A stretch of DNA of 58,591 nt from Octopus bimaculoides. Taxonomy: Eukaryota. Positions 27,900 through 39,402 of the stretch are shown piece after piece; the stretch's first letter is position 1; every line of letters begins with the position of its first letter. Location of the stretch: assembly GCF_001194135.2 (NCBI RefSeq), contig NC_068982.1, forward strand, positions 151,840,704 to 151,899,294. Reading direction: 5' to 3'. Made by a program: the position numbers and the translations under genes. The notes under the pieces were generated by a model that was given only the letters and a program-made list of their open reading frames with translations, had not been told where the DNA came from and made no database searches.

Positions 27900-28826
27900 C
27901 AGCTCCAAAAGCCGATAATATTCCACTTAAATTGTTGCAGGTCAACACATATAGGGAAGATGTAAGCAGGGAGGAAATTTCAAAGGGCTGATGTTCTTGC
28001 GAGAAAGAACCAGGACTAGTGGTTAATACAGATATAGAGGGGTGAATTCAATAAGGGTAACGAATTATAGAGACAAGTAAATCGGGAATGCTTGAATGGT
28101 GGAAGTGCAAGACCAGTTAGCTACAAGGAACTGACGCTATTATAATAGCTATAGAAAGACAAAGTGTGAAAACAGTACACCTGTAGGCCAGAGGGTAGAG
28201 AGCATCTTTTAGTAATTAAATACCAATAAGTCAAGCGGCTTTTGGGGGGATGCAATGTGCATAGTAGCAGCACGGCCCCAGATGTAGGCGCAGTATTGGT
28301 TTTCCTTGTGCATTGCAGAGTGTCGGCAGTTGTTGGGAACTGAAATAGCTTCTGACCCTGAAGAGAAGGGCTGTCTTTGTGATACAGTTCTAGTCATACT
28401 GAAAATATGCTTTCTTCAAGTCAGATACTCGGTAATACGTGAAGTATTTGGAGAGATTGTGTAACTGTGTAACTATGTTTTTAAGGAGGTATGGTAGGAT
28501 GGTATTTCCTTGAAATGAGAGGTATTGAATTTTTTTTTTCTGTTAAAAGAAATAAGGCCGTTATGGCCTCACCAACTAATGCCTACAAGGTCTCCAATTA
28601 TTAAATCAGTGCTGGCTTGGTATATGGTAAGCTGTGTATGAATGATGCAGGGTTGGGAAGTCGAGGAGAAATGAAGAGTCATGTCATCTGCATAAAATTG
28701 GTCGTTGCTGGATGTGATTACAAAAAGATCATTGATGCGTAGAAGGAAGTGACTGAGATACGAATCAATTCTTGAGGAACATTTGAGTTGATTAGGAGGG
28801 CAGAAAGAGTACTGGTCCCATTAACT
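27900..28826 (-). mobile_element. CR1/L2-group LINE RT and C-terminal fragment (decayed)
   Basis: Minus strand: INSNVPQ...HFLLRINDL...FYADDMTLH (YADD at ~28681-28697), YCAYIWGRAA, FYSYY, ARTSAL*NFLPAYIFP..DLQQFK. Confidence 0.85.
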
Positions 28827-30237
28827 CTCACGCAATATTGTGATCTGATAACCTGTTTGATAGGATGTGTGTATATGTTTGTCTATTTCAGTTTCGGAAA
28901 TGTTATATTTCATAAAAATCCCTATATTTTTACCTGTGTTTGCAGTAACTTGTCCTCACTTAGGTTATCCTCCTTGGCCCATCTGTTTCTTTTATAATAT
29001 TTGTGTATTTTAGATACGGGTATATCACTTGTGCCAGTGCATCTCCCATTCTGGCCTTTTTCATCTCCTGTTAAGCTTCGTTCCAAGATGGTAATTCTGC
29101 TCTATCGATGTTTTAGGCTGGCATTGAGTGGTTAATTTCTGAAGATGTCGTTTTGGTTGTGAGTCATCTCCTTCATAAAATAACATCTACGTTTTTTTCA
29201 GGATTTGGTCTTACTCAGTAACGTTCAGAGATATTTCAAATGTTTTTTTCTTAATCTCAGCCCTTTTGTACTGTATTTTATTTCTTTGTGTCTTAGTGGG
29301 GGTTTTTTTGTTGGGGGGGGGGCATTTCTAAGTCTGCACTAACTTGTTGACCAGGTTGACGCCTTCTCTTTCTTCAGTAGGAGCTCTTGTGAACAACTTG
29401 TTGAGGGTCTTATTTTTTTCTCTCAGGTGAGAGAATATGTTGCTTAGAAATGATTATGCTGTCTCGTTTATACTCTGAGGTAAGGCTATATTCTGCCAGA
29501 TTGAACGTTCCCGTTGAGAGGTCGGTCATTATTGCTCAGTAGATCTTTCTAGCATAGCTTCTAATACTCTACCAAGGTCTTAGACCAGTTGATGTCATTT
29601 CTTGGTATCACTCATCAATATATTTAGTTCGTGCTCCTGCTAGGTGGACTCGGCCATCTGGAGTGGTATCGAGTAAATTCCTCGTGAGGCTTGAATTTAC
29701 ACAGGTACTAAGAAATCACTAGTTCTGTGGGACATTTTCAGTCTAACGTCTCATCAGGTACAATATAAATATATACTAAATATATACATTGGTAGATGAG
29801 GAGGAAAATGCTGGGAGACATTAAAATAAAACAGATATATTAGAACTTAATTTGCAGCTCAGGGGATTTTAATATATCAAGAAAGAGAATATTAATATAT
29901 ATTTCTTCGAGGTGAATGGAATATGAATGGATCGGGATATTTTAAATAGAGAAAGAAAGATTATATATATATATATATATATATANNNNNNNNNNNNNNN
30001 NNNNNNNNNNNNNNNNNNNNNNNNNNNNNNNNNNNNNNNNNNNNNNNNNNNNNNNNNNNNNNNNNNNNNNNNNNNNNNNNNNNNNNNNNNNNNNNNNNNN
30101 NNNNNNNNNNNNNNNNNNNNNNNNNNNNNNNNNNNNNNNNNNNNNNNNNNNNNNNNNNNNNNNNNNNNNNNNNNNNNNNNNNNNNNNNNNNNNNNNNNNN
30201 NNNNNNNNNNNNNNNNNNNNNNNNNNNNNNNNNNNNN

Positions 30238-30284
30238 AGACAGACAGACAGACAGACAGATATACAGACAGACGGATAGTTAGT

Positions 30285-30342
<58 letters not shown>
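30238..30342. repeat. (GACA)n/(GATA)n microsatellite
   Basis: Direct reading. Confidence 0.9.
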
Positions 30343-30344
<2 letters not shown>

Positions 30345-33300
30345 AACAAACAGATGTAGTGAAAAATGAGAGACGAATTTGAAAGCTATAAAGTTAAAAA
30401 TCAAGTGTGATATAAAGAAAAATACGTGAATGAGAGAGACAGAAAGGTGGAGTGTTATGAAGAGAACTATTCTCCAAAAATAGAAATACGATTTATTGTT
30501 AACAGTCGGCTGATTTCCTAATTCTTACAGGGCGACTAAGTTCTTAGCTTTTCGACAGACAAGTGTAAGTCATATCTTTTAACACACAAACAGAAAAAGA
30601 ATTTCTTTTGGTCTGAATCTATGGCAATTTTAGGTTTATGGTAATGGAAAAATAAGATATTTGCATTGGAGTAGAAGAACTTATTAATGAAAACCAAGAA
30701 ATTGCTCAACTGATTATTCTTTTGTATATTTTGAAAACAGAAGGTTAAATGGTAATCCGCCAGTGCTTTGGTAGTCATGGGAAATAAGTGTGCATACATG
30801 TGTTTGTATGTGTATTAGTGTCTCGAGTCAATGGAGTTCTTGAAGTAAGTAGGATCACATTATTTACTAGCGTAGACGTTCTTGAAATATTTATGCAGAT
30901 ATTTACAAAAAGGTGAAGAGAAAGAATATCATACACGTGGTATTCTTTTCTCTTCACTTTATGCCTTAGTCAGAGGTGGAACTTGAGCTTTGTGCGGCGC
31001 GACAAAGATTGATATAGAGGGAGAGTAAGGAAAAAACCACTGCTCATGGATGTTAGCTGTTGTTACGTGTTCCCAATTAGCCCTAATTCTCAAATTCGTT
31101 ACAACTGTGTCGTCTTTTGTCGAGATCAAGTCCATTTAAGAGAGAAGTATATGACCGGAAGGAAATATACTGATATTTCTAGTGATGGGCGACCATGTAA
31201 AGATTCTGTCGTTACTTTGATGAATACTCAGAATGGAGAACCAGTCCGAATAATTACAGATTTGATAGTGTTAGCTAGGTCACAGACGATAATCTATTAT
31301 TTCATATTTGAAATATATAAATAAAAAATATAAGAATAGTATACACTTAGGTGGAAATATAGTATAGGCTTTAAGGCCTGCAGTACATTGGTTGTATAAA
31401 AATTTGTACAACATATACGTTAACCTATATACTAGACATACAAAGAAATACAACCATGTTAAATCTACCTCTATTTCTGTAGATTGAAAAAAATTGACGT
31501 GTAGATTGAATCACCTTTCAATTCAATTTGGTGTTTCATCAGTGGTGTTTCATCACTAGGCCAATCACAGAGAAGTGACTTGTCAATCCGTTTATATATC
31601 TAGTAACTTCAGGTAAGCGGAGCTGCATACAATGTCTAACACATTATTTAATATTAGAGACCTGTCTAATGAATTCTTGCAAAGAATTCATGATACAGTC
31701 ACCTTCTCTGAAGAAAGATTTTCTTTAATTAAAATTATTAGTTATATAAAAGAATCTTTAGAAAATACAGAATGGCACGAACCTTTTGCAAGTAAGTTTC
31801 CATATTTACGAGTGAGGAATATTTTGTGATGCATATTAAGATATGGAAACAGATTTAATATTGAGTGGAAACTGAAATGTAATAGCGGCTCACTGGTTAA
31901 ATACTTTATTAGTTTATAATGACAAAACTGTCACGTGAGGAATGCTTTGGCATGAAAGTAATTTATAATGGGGAAAAAAAACATTGGTAAATATTCTGGC
32001 TACTAAATTGTAGGATAGTATCGAATTATATATATATATATATATATATCAACATTAGTCGAATAACTATCAGCAATAGAGAATAATCAAGTCAAGTGTT
32101 TTTGTGTCCACGAAAGTGAGTAGCAGAGAAATTATTGAGAGGATTTAAGACATGTATTTCTTCAACTTTGCACATGTTTCAGTATATAATTATAACCGAA
32201 TTAAGAAAAGAAATCGTAATAAGGTAACTGCTTGTCATTGAAAATTACTCTCCTGTACTTTTAAATCAAAAACGTCTTAGATATAAATTCACTTTTAATT
32301 AGAATATATATGGTAAAAAGTATATATATTTCTCTTCTTGGTTGAGAACTCAATACAAGTTCAGTAACGTATGAAAGTGCTAATTGAGAAGGTAATGAAA
32401 GATAGATCTATAGTAATTCTTAAGCATTTTGAAAATCCGTTAAAATTGAACTCGAATAAAACTTTTTAGGAATTTGTCTTTTCAATTATCATTATCAGTT
32501 TCTTTTCAGGAAGCTTATTGTTGGGGAAAAGATATTTATGTATAGAAATAATTTTCCTAAGATAAGAATTTGGAAATGCAGAAAATACTGAAGTAATTTT
32601 GTATCTAAAGATGACTATAAATGAACTCTCTCGTTGTCCAACTACAGTCAAACTCTGTTACAAAACAAACCTCATTATTATTGATTGATTGTACTCCTCT
32701 TCTAACTAAATAAACTCTTCAAATAATTTTTATCATATAAGAAATTAGATTTCTTCTACCTTCTTCCACCACCTATTATTTCATCGGATGAAGCAAAATT
32801 AGCAGTATTAGATTTGCTAATTATTAGCTGGGAAACAGATTCATCTACTGACTGAATAATGATAAAGATATTGCATTATAATTGTCTGCTTGGCTGACTG
32901 TTTTTTAAGGTTTATTATTAATATTGATTTCCATTGAGGGGTTCTTAGCACTTATTCACTATACTTTAGTTAAAATATCAGCTGCGCATTGTATGAAATT
33001 CTGGTTAGTAATTCCAGGTACACTATGAACAATTATTATCACCCGTCAATTATTTAATATTTGATGTCAATTGTCTCTGGAAATATGATGTCTTGAATGA
33101 TTCATGAAATGTATGAGGGTAGTTTGGCCGATTTATTTAAGTCATATTGTATAAACGCCTGCTGTATATTTTTTTGTAATAGTGCATCAAAACAATTGTA
33201 AAACAGGGATATATTACTAAGCGACTCCCTTCCACAAATAATTTAGACTTGCATTAATTTTGTTTTGACTGAAAACCGTCTTTTATTGTTTACTTATTGC

Positions 33301-34819
33301 GACATACCATCAGTTTATTGTAAAAATTCAGTTAGACTTATTTCAGGATGATTATCTACAGTTTCTATTGCACTAACTCATGAATACTGTTTTTGTTTTA
33401 CCCTCAGAGTATCTCCCACCAGTCTTGGAGACACTACAAGGGTATAGGGGATTCCCTGGTCCTCTGGCTCCCTTAACTAAGCCGCTCAAAAATATTTACA
33501 TTCACAGATAAAACAAACATAATTCCAAATAAAACATTAATACTCGTTACATATTAAAAGATTTCAATATCAAAGCATATATTGAACCTGGTTATTTGCA
33601 TCACTATAGAGCAAAGAATATTTTGCACGAAGAGTCTTAATAAGAAGGTGAGAACAATAATTGAAAGAACTACTCTCGTTAGTTCAGTCATGTTCAAACA
33701 TGACTGAACTAACGGTAATTTTGAGAATTACGTATCTTTAATTCATTTATAAACAATCTTAAGAAATGTGTAATTTGAAACAACATACATTTGTCGTAGA
33801 GCGAAAATTACTCAATATGGTGAGTATTTATCTCATTAATAATGAAGATAAACGTTCTTTGAATTTTTACAAATAATGCGGATACTTATTGTGTTGCCTG
33901 TATATTTTCTTATGCTGGCCTATATTTCATAGTAAGGTTTATTTTAGACTCTGACATAAATTCATGTTCTATTATAAAGAACTCGACGCACACGTGTACA
34001 GAGCCACAAATACACACACACACAGGCCCACACACATATACACATGCCTAACATATATACAAACTAATATACACACACCAGATTTTAGGATTCTGAAAAA
34101 TACATGGAAATACATAAAGAAATAAATGAAAAATGATTAGGCTAACTTGCGCAATGGGGTCTTAGTTTAATACCATTCGCGTGAAAACGCCCATATTAAA
34201 TCTGACATTTATTTGCAGACATTGATTACATACCGATAATAGAACGTCATTTTTACACCCTACACCATCACCTAGCATGCAGAAACTAAATAATTAGAAA
34301 CGAGAAATATTTTTAATGTCTTCTGATGCCTTTGATTTTTGTTTTGCTAAAATAAGGAAATATAGAATATGAGATTTCGTTTTATATGATTTCAAATAGT
34401 TTGAAGAAGTGATTGCACGAAACAATATATAAACACAGAAACCTACTTAATCACACGTCCAAAACCATACATGCAACTTACGTATATTCTTTACTAGTCA
34501 CACACCCACACCCACACACACTCACACTTTCGCGCGCGCGCTCACACAAAACACATACACATTTTCGCACACTCGTGCACACACACATATATTGTATTAT
34601 TAGAAAAGTAAAAATAAATTAATGTATAAAAATTAAATTCTACAGGATTTATTTTAATTCGAACATTGAATCAGATACTAAGTTGTCTAAATGTCTCTTT
34701 TAATTGACATATATAAAATAGCGTTAAGGTAAAACTGTTTCTACACGAATGATATGTCGAGACTTAACGTCATTAGATTTTGAAGAGTGTATTTGTTTAA
34801 AGCTGGCGCTAAAGTAAAA

Positions 34820-35067
34820 GTTACCTTTGCAAGTCATACCGACTCATAAGGACCGGTTTACCTGTTTCCTTGGCATATAAATTCCCCACCTGGATGGGGC
34901 GCCGGTTCATCGCGCGATTACTCATTTTTGCCAGCTGAGTGGACTGGAGCAACGTGAAATGAAGTGTTTTGCTCAAGAACACAACACATCGCTTGGTTCA
35001 GGAATCGAAACCATAATCTTATGATCATGAATCCAACACCCTAACCACTAAGCCATGCGCCTCCACT
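34820..35067 (-). mobile_element. tRNA-headed SINE family C-related copy with a different 3' part
   Basis: Minus strand ggcgcatggcttagtggttagg...ggtttcgattcctg...tgttgtgttcttgagcaaaacacttcatttcacgttgctccagtccactcagctg. Confidence 0.8.
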
Positions 35068-35174
35068 GGCGGTACACTTCGTCTGTACTCAGAGTTTCTT
35101 TGAATAGCGACGGAATAGAAAACCAGATTCGAATAAATTTATGTATGTGTATGTATGTATGTATGTATGTATGT

Positions 35175-36773
35175 CTCTTCTATTTTTTAATTATCATAAA
35201 ACTTCCACTAAGGAGGTAGTCGATTTCCAACAAAGATACAAGACTCCGTCTTTGGGATGTAGGTAACACGGACAAATTCACATTTGGAACTTGAGGAAAG
35301 TCTTGCATATTTTTACTGGTCCACTCACAGTTTGCGCTTGTAATGTACAAATTAGCCGGTCGGTTTCTCTTTCTGAAAATCTGTTTATCCAGATTCTCCT
35401 TTAAGCATTTACTAAAAAAACCTAGTGCTCCAATTATTATTGGTATGAATATGAATTCATATTCCGGATATAGAAGCTGGAGGTTTCGAAGCAGTTGTCC
35501 ATAGATATCCTCTTTTTCTTTGATTTTCAAAGAGATATTTATATCTGCAGGGCAACTGACCTCTATGATGGTACATACCTGTGCCCTTCTGTCCCAAACA
35601 ACAATATCCAGCCTGTTATGTTTACATTTAACAAACGTTTTGATGGGAATACTCCACCAGTATTCCTTGACTTGGTGTTTATGAATGTACTCCATAGCAG
35701 AGGGATTTTCTATGTTAATTTCAGGGCAGTTTTTTTTTGCGGATGGCGTTGTACATTGTTTTCGCGACAGCATCGTGCCAAATAGCAAGGTAGTACAGTG
35801 ACGACATTTTAGGACATCTGCTAATCACATGCGTGATGTCTTCAACAGAAACATGACATAGCCTATACATGTGGTTGCACCTTGGGTTTATAAGAGCGTC
35901 ACTATTTTTCTTGTTCACTAGTTACTTTGTGGCAATCTCCTATTCCTGGATTGCAAACGCATAGCCTTCAAAGTGTGTTGTGATGTAGTGGTCTTGTGTC
36001 CAAGAGAAGCTGCGCCTCGTGTCAATTCTACTGTCTTGTTCAAGCTTCCGGGCAACATACCCATGCATAGTCTCTTTTTTTTTTGTATGCTGAGTGCTTC
36101 CCATCCAGGTTTTCTCTGAGATAAGAGAGCCCAGCTGTTTTGGGGCTGTATAGGAGATCATCAGGGAGAGAGTGCTTCTTGAGGAGCTCACTGCCAACTC
36201 GTACAATGTTGCTCACTTCATTTTTCAGCACTGCATTAATATATTAATTTTTGCTGTTGTCGTTCGGCAGGTGCTGCCTGAGTGATACCATACGGCATTC
36301 GAAGGCCGTCTGCACTGATATCAGGCCTCTACTACCTTCATTTCTTCTTGGGTAGGGCCTGTGAACATCACTGTTTCTGTGGAAGTTCCCAGTTGTTGTC
36401 AATATTTTGCGAGTTTTGATATCTATGGAGTGGATTTCCTCTACAGACCAATCAAGTATCCCAAATGTTGGGATCAGCACTGGTACTGCAAATGCATTGT
36501 GGGATATTGTTTCGTTGTAAGAGGAGAGTTCCCACTGCCATATTTTCCTAAGTCTCGTGTAATATTTTCGGGTCACTCTATCTTTATTCACAGTGCCTTC
36601 ATATGATACATTTTTGTCTATGCCTAGGTACTTGTAATATTCTTTGTGTGGAATGGGGGGGGGGATAGAGAGACCGTTGATGCACAAGTTTGGGGTTTGG
36701 GGGACTGACTTACCTTGTTCTAAAACCAAATATGAACATTTCTTTTGGCCAAATTCCATGCCTATATCAGATG
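35175..36773 (-). mobile_element. 5'-truncated R4/Dong-like RLE non-LTR retrotransposon (late RT/thumb, CCHC knuckle, PD-(D/E)xK endonuclease, 3' UTR)
   Basis: SDIGMEFGQKKC, YKYLGI, WELSSYN..I.HNAFAVPVLIPTFGILDW, GL; CRLCHVSVEDITHVISRCPK (~35810-35870); RLDIVVWDRRAQVCTIIEVSCP...KEKEDIY; IPIIIGALG. Several frameshifts and stops; ~110-nt UTR. Confidence 0.93.
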
Positions 36774-36824
36774 GTATGTATGTATGCATGTATGTATGTA
36801 TGTATGTATGCATGCATGCATGAA

Positions 36825-37260
36825 GACAGAGGGGAAAGAGAAATCTCAGAGGAGACATCGGAGAATCGAACCCAAGAACCTGAGTATACAAATGTAAGAG
36901 ACTCGGAAAAAAACGGTGAAACGTGACGAATGGGAGAAGAAATTACAAGAGAAGATGTATGAAGCAATGATAACTGTAAGACCGAAAAGATGAAATTACC
37001 GAACGTTGATTTACTATAAAAAAGATATAGAAATGGAGAAGAAGATATCAAAAATAAAAGGACTAATAAGAGTAACATTAGATCCTGAAATGTTTGAAGA
37101 AAATAAGAAAGCTGTATTGGTGGAGGAGGAGGTGATGAAGTGACTTAAACAGATGTATCCGCAGGATATTACAGCCAGTGGGTTACATGTGGGCTATGAT
37201 AATCTGCCAAACGTTGTGACGACAGAGGATCTATTGCAACATATAACAATTGTAAAATAA
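36825..37260 (+). pseudogene. Decayed unidentified ORF (Glu/Lys-rich), probably TE-derived
   Basis: Frame from 36901 runs 120 codons to TAA 37258-37260 with only two TGA (36991, 37141). A further ~30 codons lie upstream across a probable poly-A frameshift. No family recognised. Confidence 0.35.
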
Positions 37261-37393
37261 AAAATATCATAGACTGTAAAAGAACTGTATAAGAGAACAG
37301 TTAAATGAGACTGAGAGCTTTGGGGGGGCTCGTAAGGCATTTCATCTTTTCATTTAAACAATTCATGCCATCATTCATTAAATGTACCCCACG

Positions 37394-37680
37394 TGTTGTA
37401 CTGTATTGTCTGTCCTTGTGGTGTCCCCCTCTGTGTTCGGGCTGTAGAGCCTAATAAAGATAAAGAGAGTAGTAGACGTTAATCGAAGAAAGTCGTACGG
37501 TGTCGTTTTGGTAGTTTGTTGGAATGTCGTTTGTTGGTTCGTGTATAGTTCGTGGAGTGTTTGTTGAATCGTTACGTTGTTGCTACCCTGCTTCATTATA
37601 TGTTTTATTGTTACTATACAGTTATATCTTTAAAAAGTATCGTCATAAATACTGGTGAGACTACAATAATTGGCGACGAG
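37394..37680 (+). mobile_element. Probable LTR (TG...CA) followed by a tRNA-Ser primer-binding site; truncated LTR retrotransposon
   Basis: Starts TGTTG (37394), AATAAA at 37453-37458, ends CTACA (37665), then TGGCGACGAG (37671-37680), complementary to the ...CTCGTCGCCA 3' end of tRNA-Ser(GCU) as recalled from vertebrate tRNAs. No second LTR and no TSD seen. Confidence 0.6.
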
Positions 37681-37967
37681 TAACTACGTTACAATAATAA
37701 CACTCGCAATTCATTGGTGTACGGGCGTTTGCTATGAATACACATCATCTTAAGAGAGAGTTTGTTCCCCGATGAAAAACAATAGCGGTCAGATATTCAC
37801 GTTCAGGTCTGCTAGAGCATAGTAAGAATGAATATATATGTTATTGCATATATATTTATGGATGTATGTGAATGTAAATATGTATGTAATACACATAGGT
37901 ACGTATGCATATACGTATTCATGCTTATATTGATACACAGATGTGTGTGTGTGTGTGTGTGTGCGTA

Positions 37968-38001
<34 letters not shown>

Positions 38002-38535
38002 CGCGAGCATGTATGTGTTACCATATAGAAGCACAGGCATGTGTTCCTGTAAAACTACATATATGTATAAATGTATTTGCATAGCATAGCAAGTACTTTT
38101 GATGTGAGATCGTGCGCTGAAACTAAAGTGATTGCAGCGTGGACACAAGCTAGACATTCAGAATCACGCAAAGGTCGTTACCTTGACTTAAACATTTATT
38201 TGTAACATGGTGTCAAGAGTTTCGTCGCTCGAAAAATTGTGCTGCAATTCACAATTTTATATATATGTAAACACCGTTATGAAATACACCTTTTGCCACA
38301 TTCTTCCGATGACATTGTAGGTAGTTGTTATGTAATGAACGTGGTTATGATATAAACCATAGCATGCTTGAAACAGCTGTCAAGCTTAAAATATTGCATG
38401 ATTCTTCTTTTCGGTTATTCTATTCTATACTATGCATTTTGTATACCGTGTGTATATACGCATAAAGTCTGCTTGTTTATATATATATATATCCCACATG
38501 TGTAGGCTTGTGTTTGTGTGTAAACATACATATGA

Positions 38536-38579
<44 letters not shown>

Positions 38580-39356
38580 TTTGGTTAACACGTGGTTACT
38601 AAAGAACATGTTAAGCAATTACTAGCGCTTATCTTGTAAGTTTTGATATACTTGTTTATCATCATCTATAATTTAGATCGTTTTGAACGCTCATGACAGA
38701 ATCTGTTCCAGTCATGACTATCTTGTAGTTTCCGTATTCGGAGACGACACAGGACCACATGATTGAAAGTATCCTTTTATGCAATGGAAGGGCGTGATAT
38801 AAACGATACGGTAGCTATTTATTGTATGTATGTCTATCATATGAACATATAAATACTGCAGGATGTGATTTCATTGATAAAAAGGAATTATTCATTCGTG
38901 ATATGCTCGCGTTATTCGTCGTACAGAGGACACTTCTGTTATGTGCGTGTAGTGATGTCTATTGGTGTAAATTTATTGAAATATAGATCAAATCACCTGT
39001 TAATTACCATACGTGAAATCTAATGTCACTTTCAGGGAAACTGTAAGCGTAAGTATAACATATACACTGTCTATCCAGTTTCGACTAACTTCTGCGCTTG
39101 CGCAGCCAGTAGTCTCGGTAGTAAGTTATTTTTCATACAATGTAATTAAACACATACATACATACACACACATCTAGATGTGTAGGCTTCATAAATATAG
39201 ATTTGAGATCCGTAGGTAAACAAGATTTCATAGACTGGCAAATCAACTCGACTAGTTTAGCCTGATCAATATCTGGCTTATGGATAATGTTTATTTCATT
39301 CAATTTGTAGACAAGGCACTCTGGCTTAACCGTGGTGTTTGTTTGCTCAGCAATGT

Positions 39357-39402
<46 letters not shown>

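Noticed and set aside
29700-29766. Hammerhead-like core on the minus strand (CTGATGAG...TGAAA) at the start of a decayed TE-like region (~29000-29760)
   Set aside because: Stem II is imperfect and I could not build stems I and III with a valid NUH site. An Infernal search with hammerhead models would settle it.
32470-33100. Possible RNase H-like 'VHSVPG...ADILTK' on the minus strand
   Set aside because: The GNE catalytic motif is absent; likely chance.
33408-33441. Possible small exon after a good acceptor (ttttgttttaccctcag)
   Set aside because: Weak donor, phase incompatible with the HCN exon, and a stop follows immediately.
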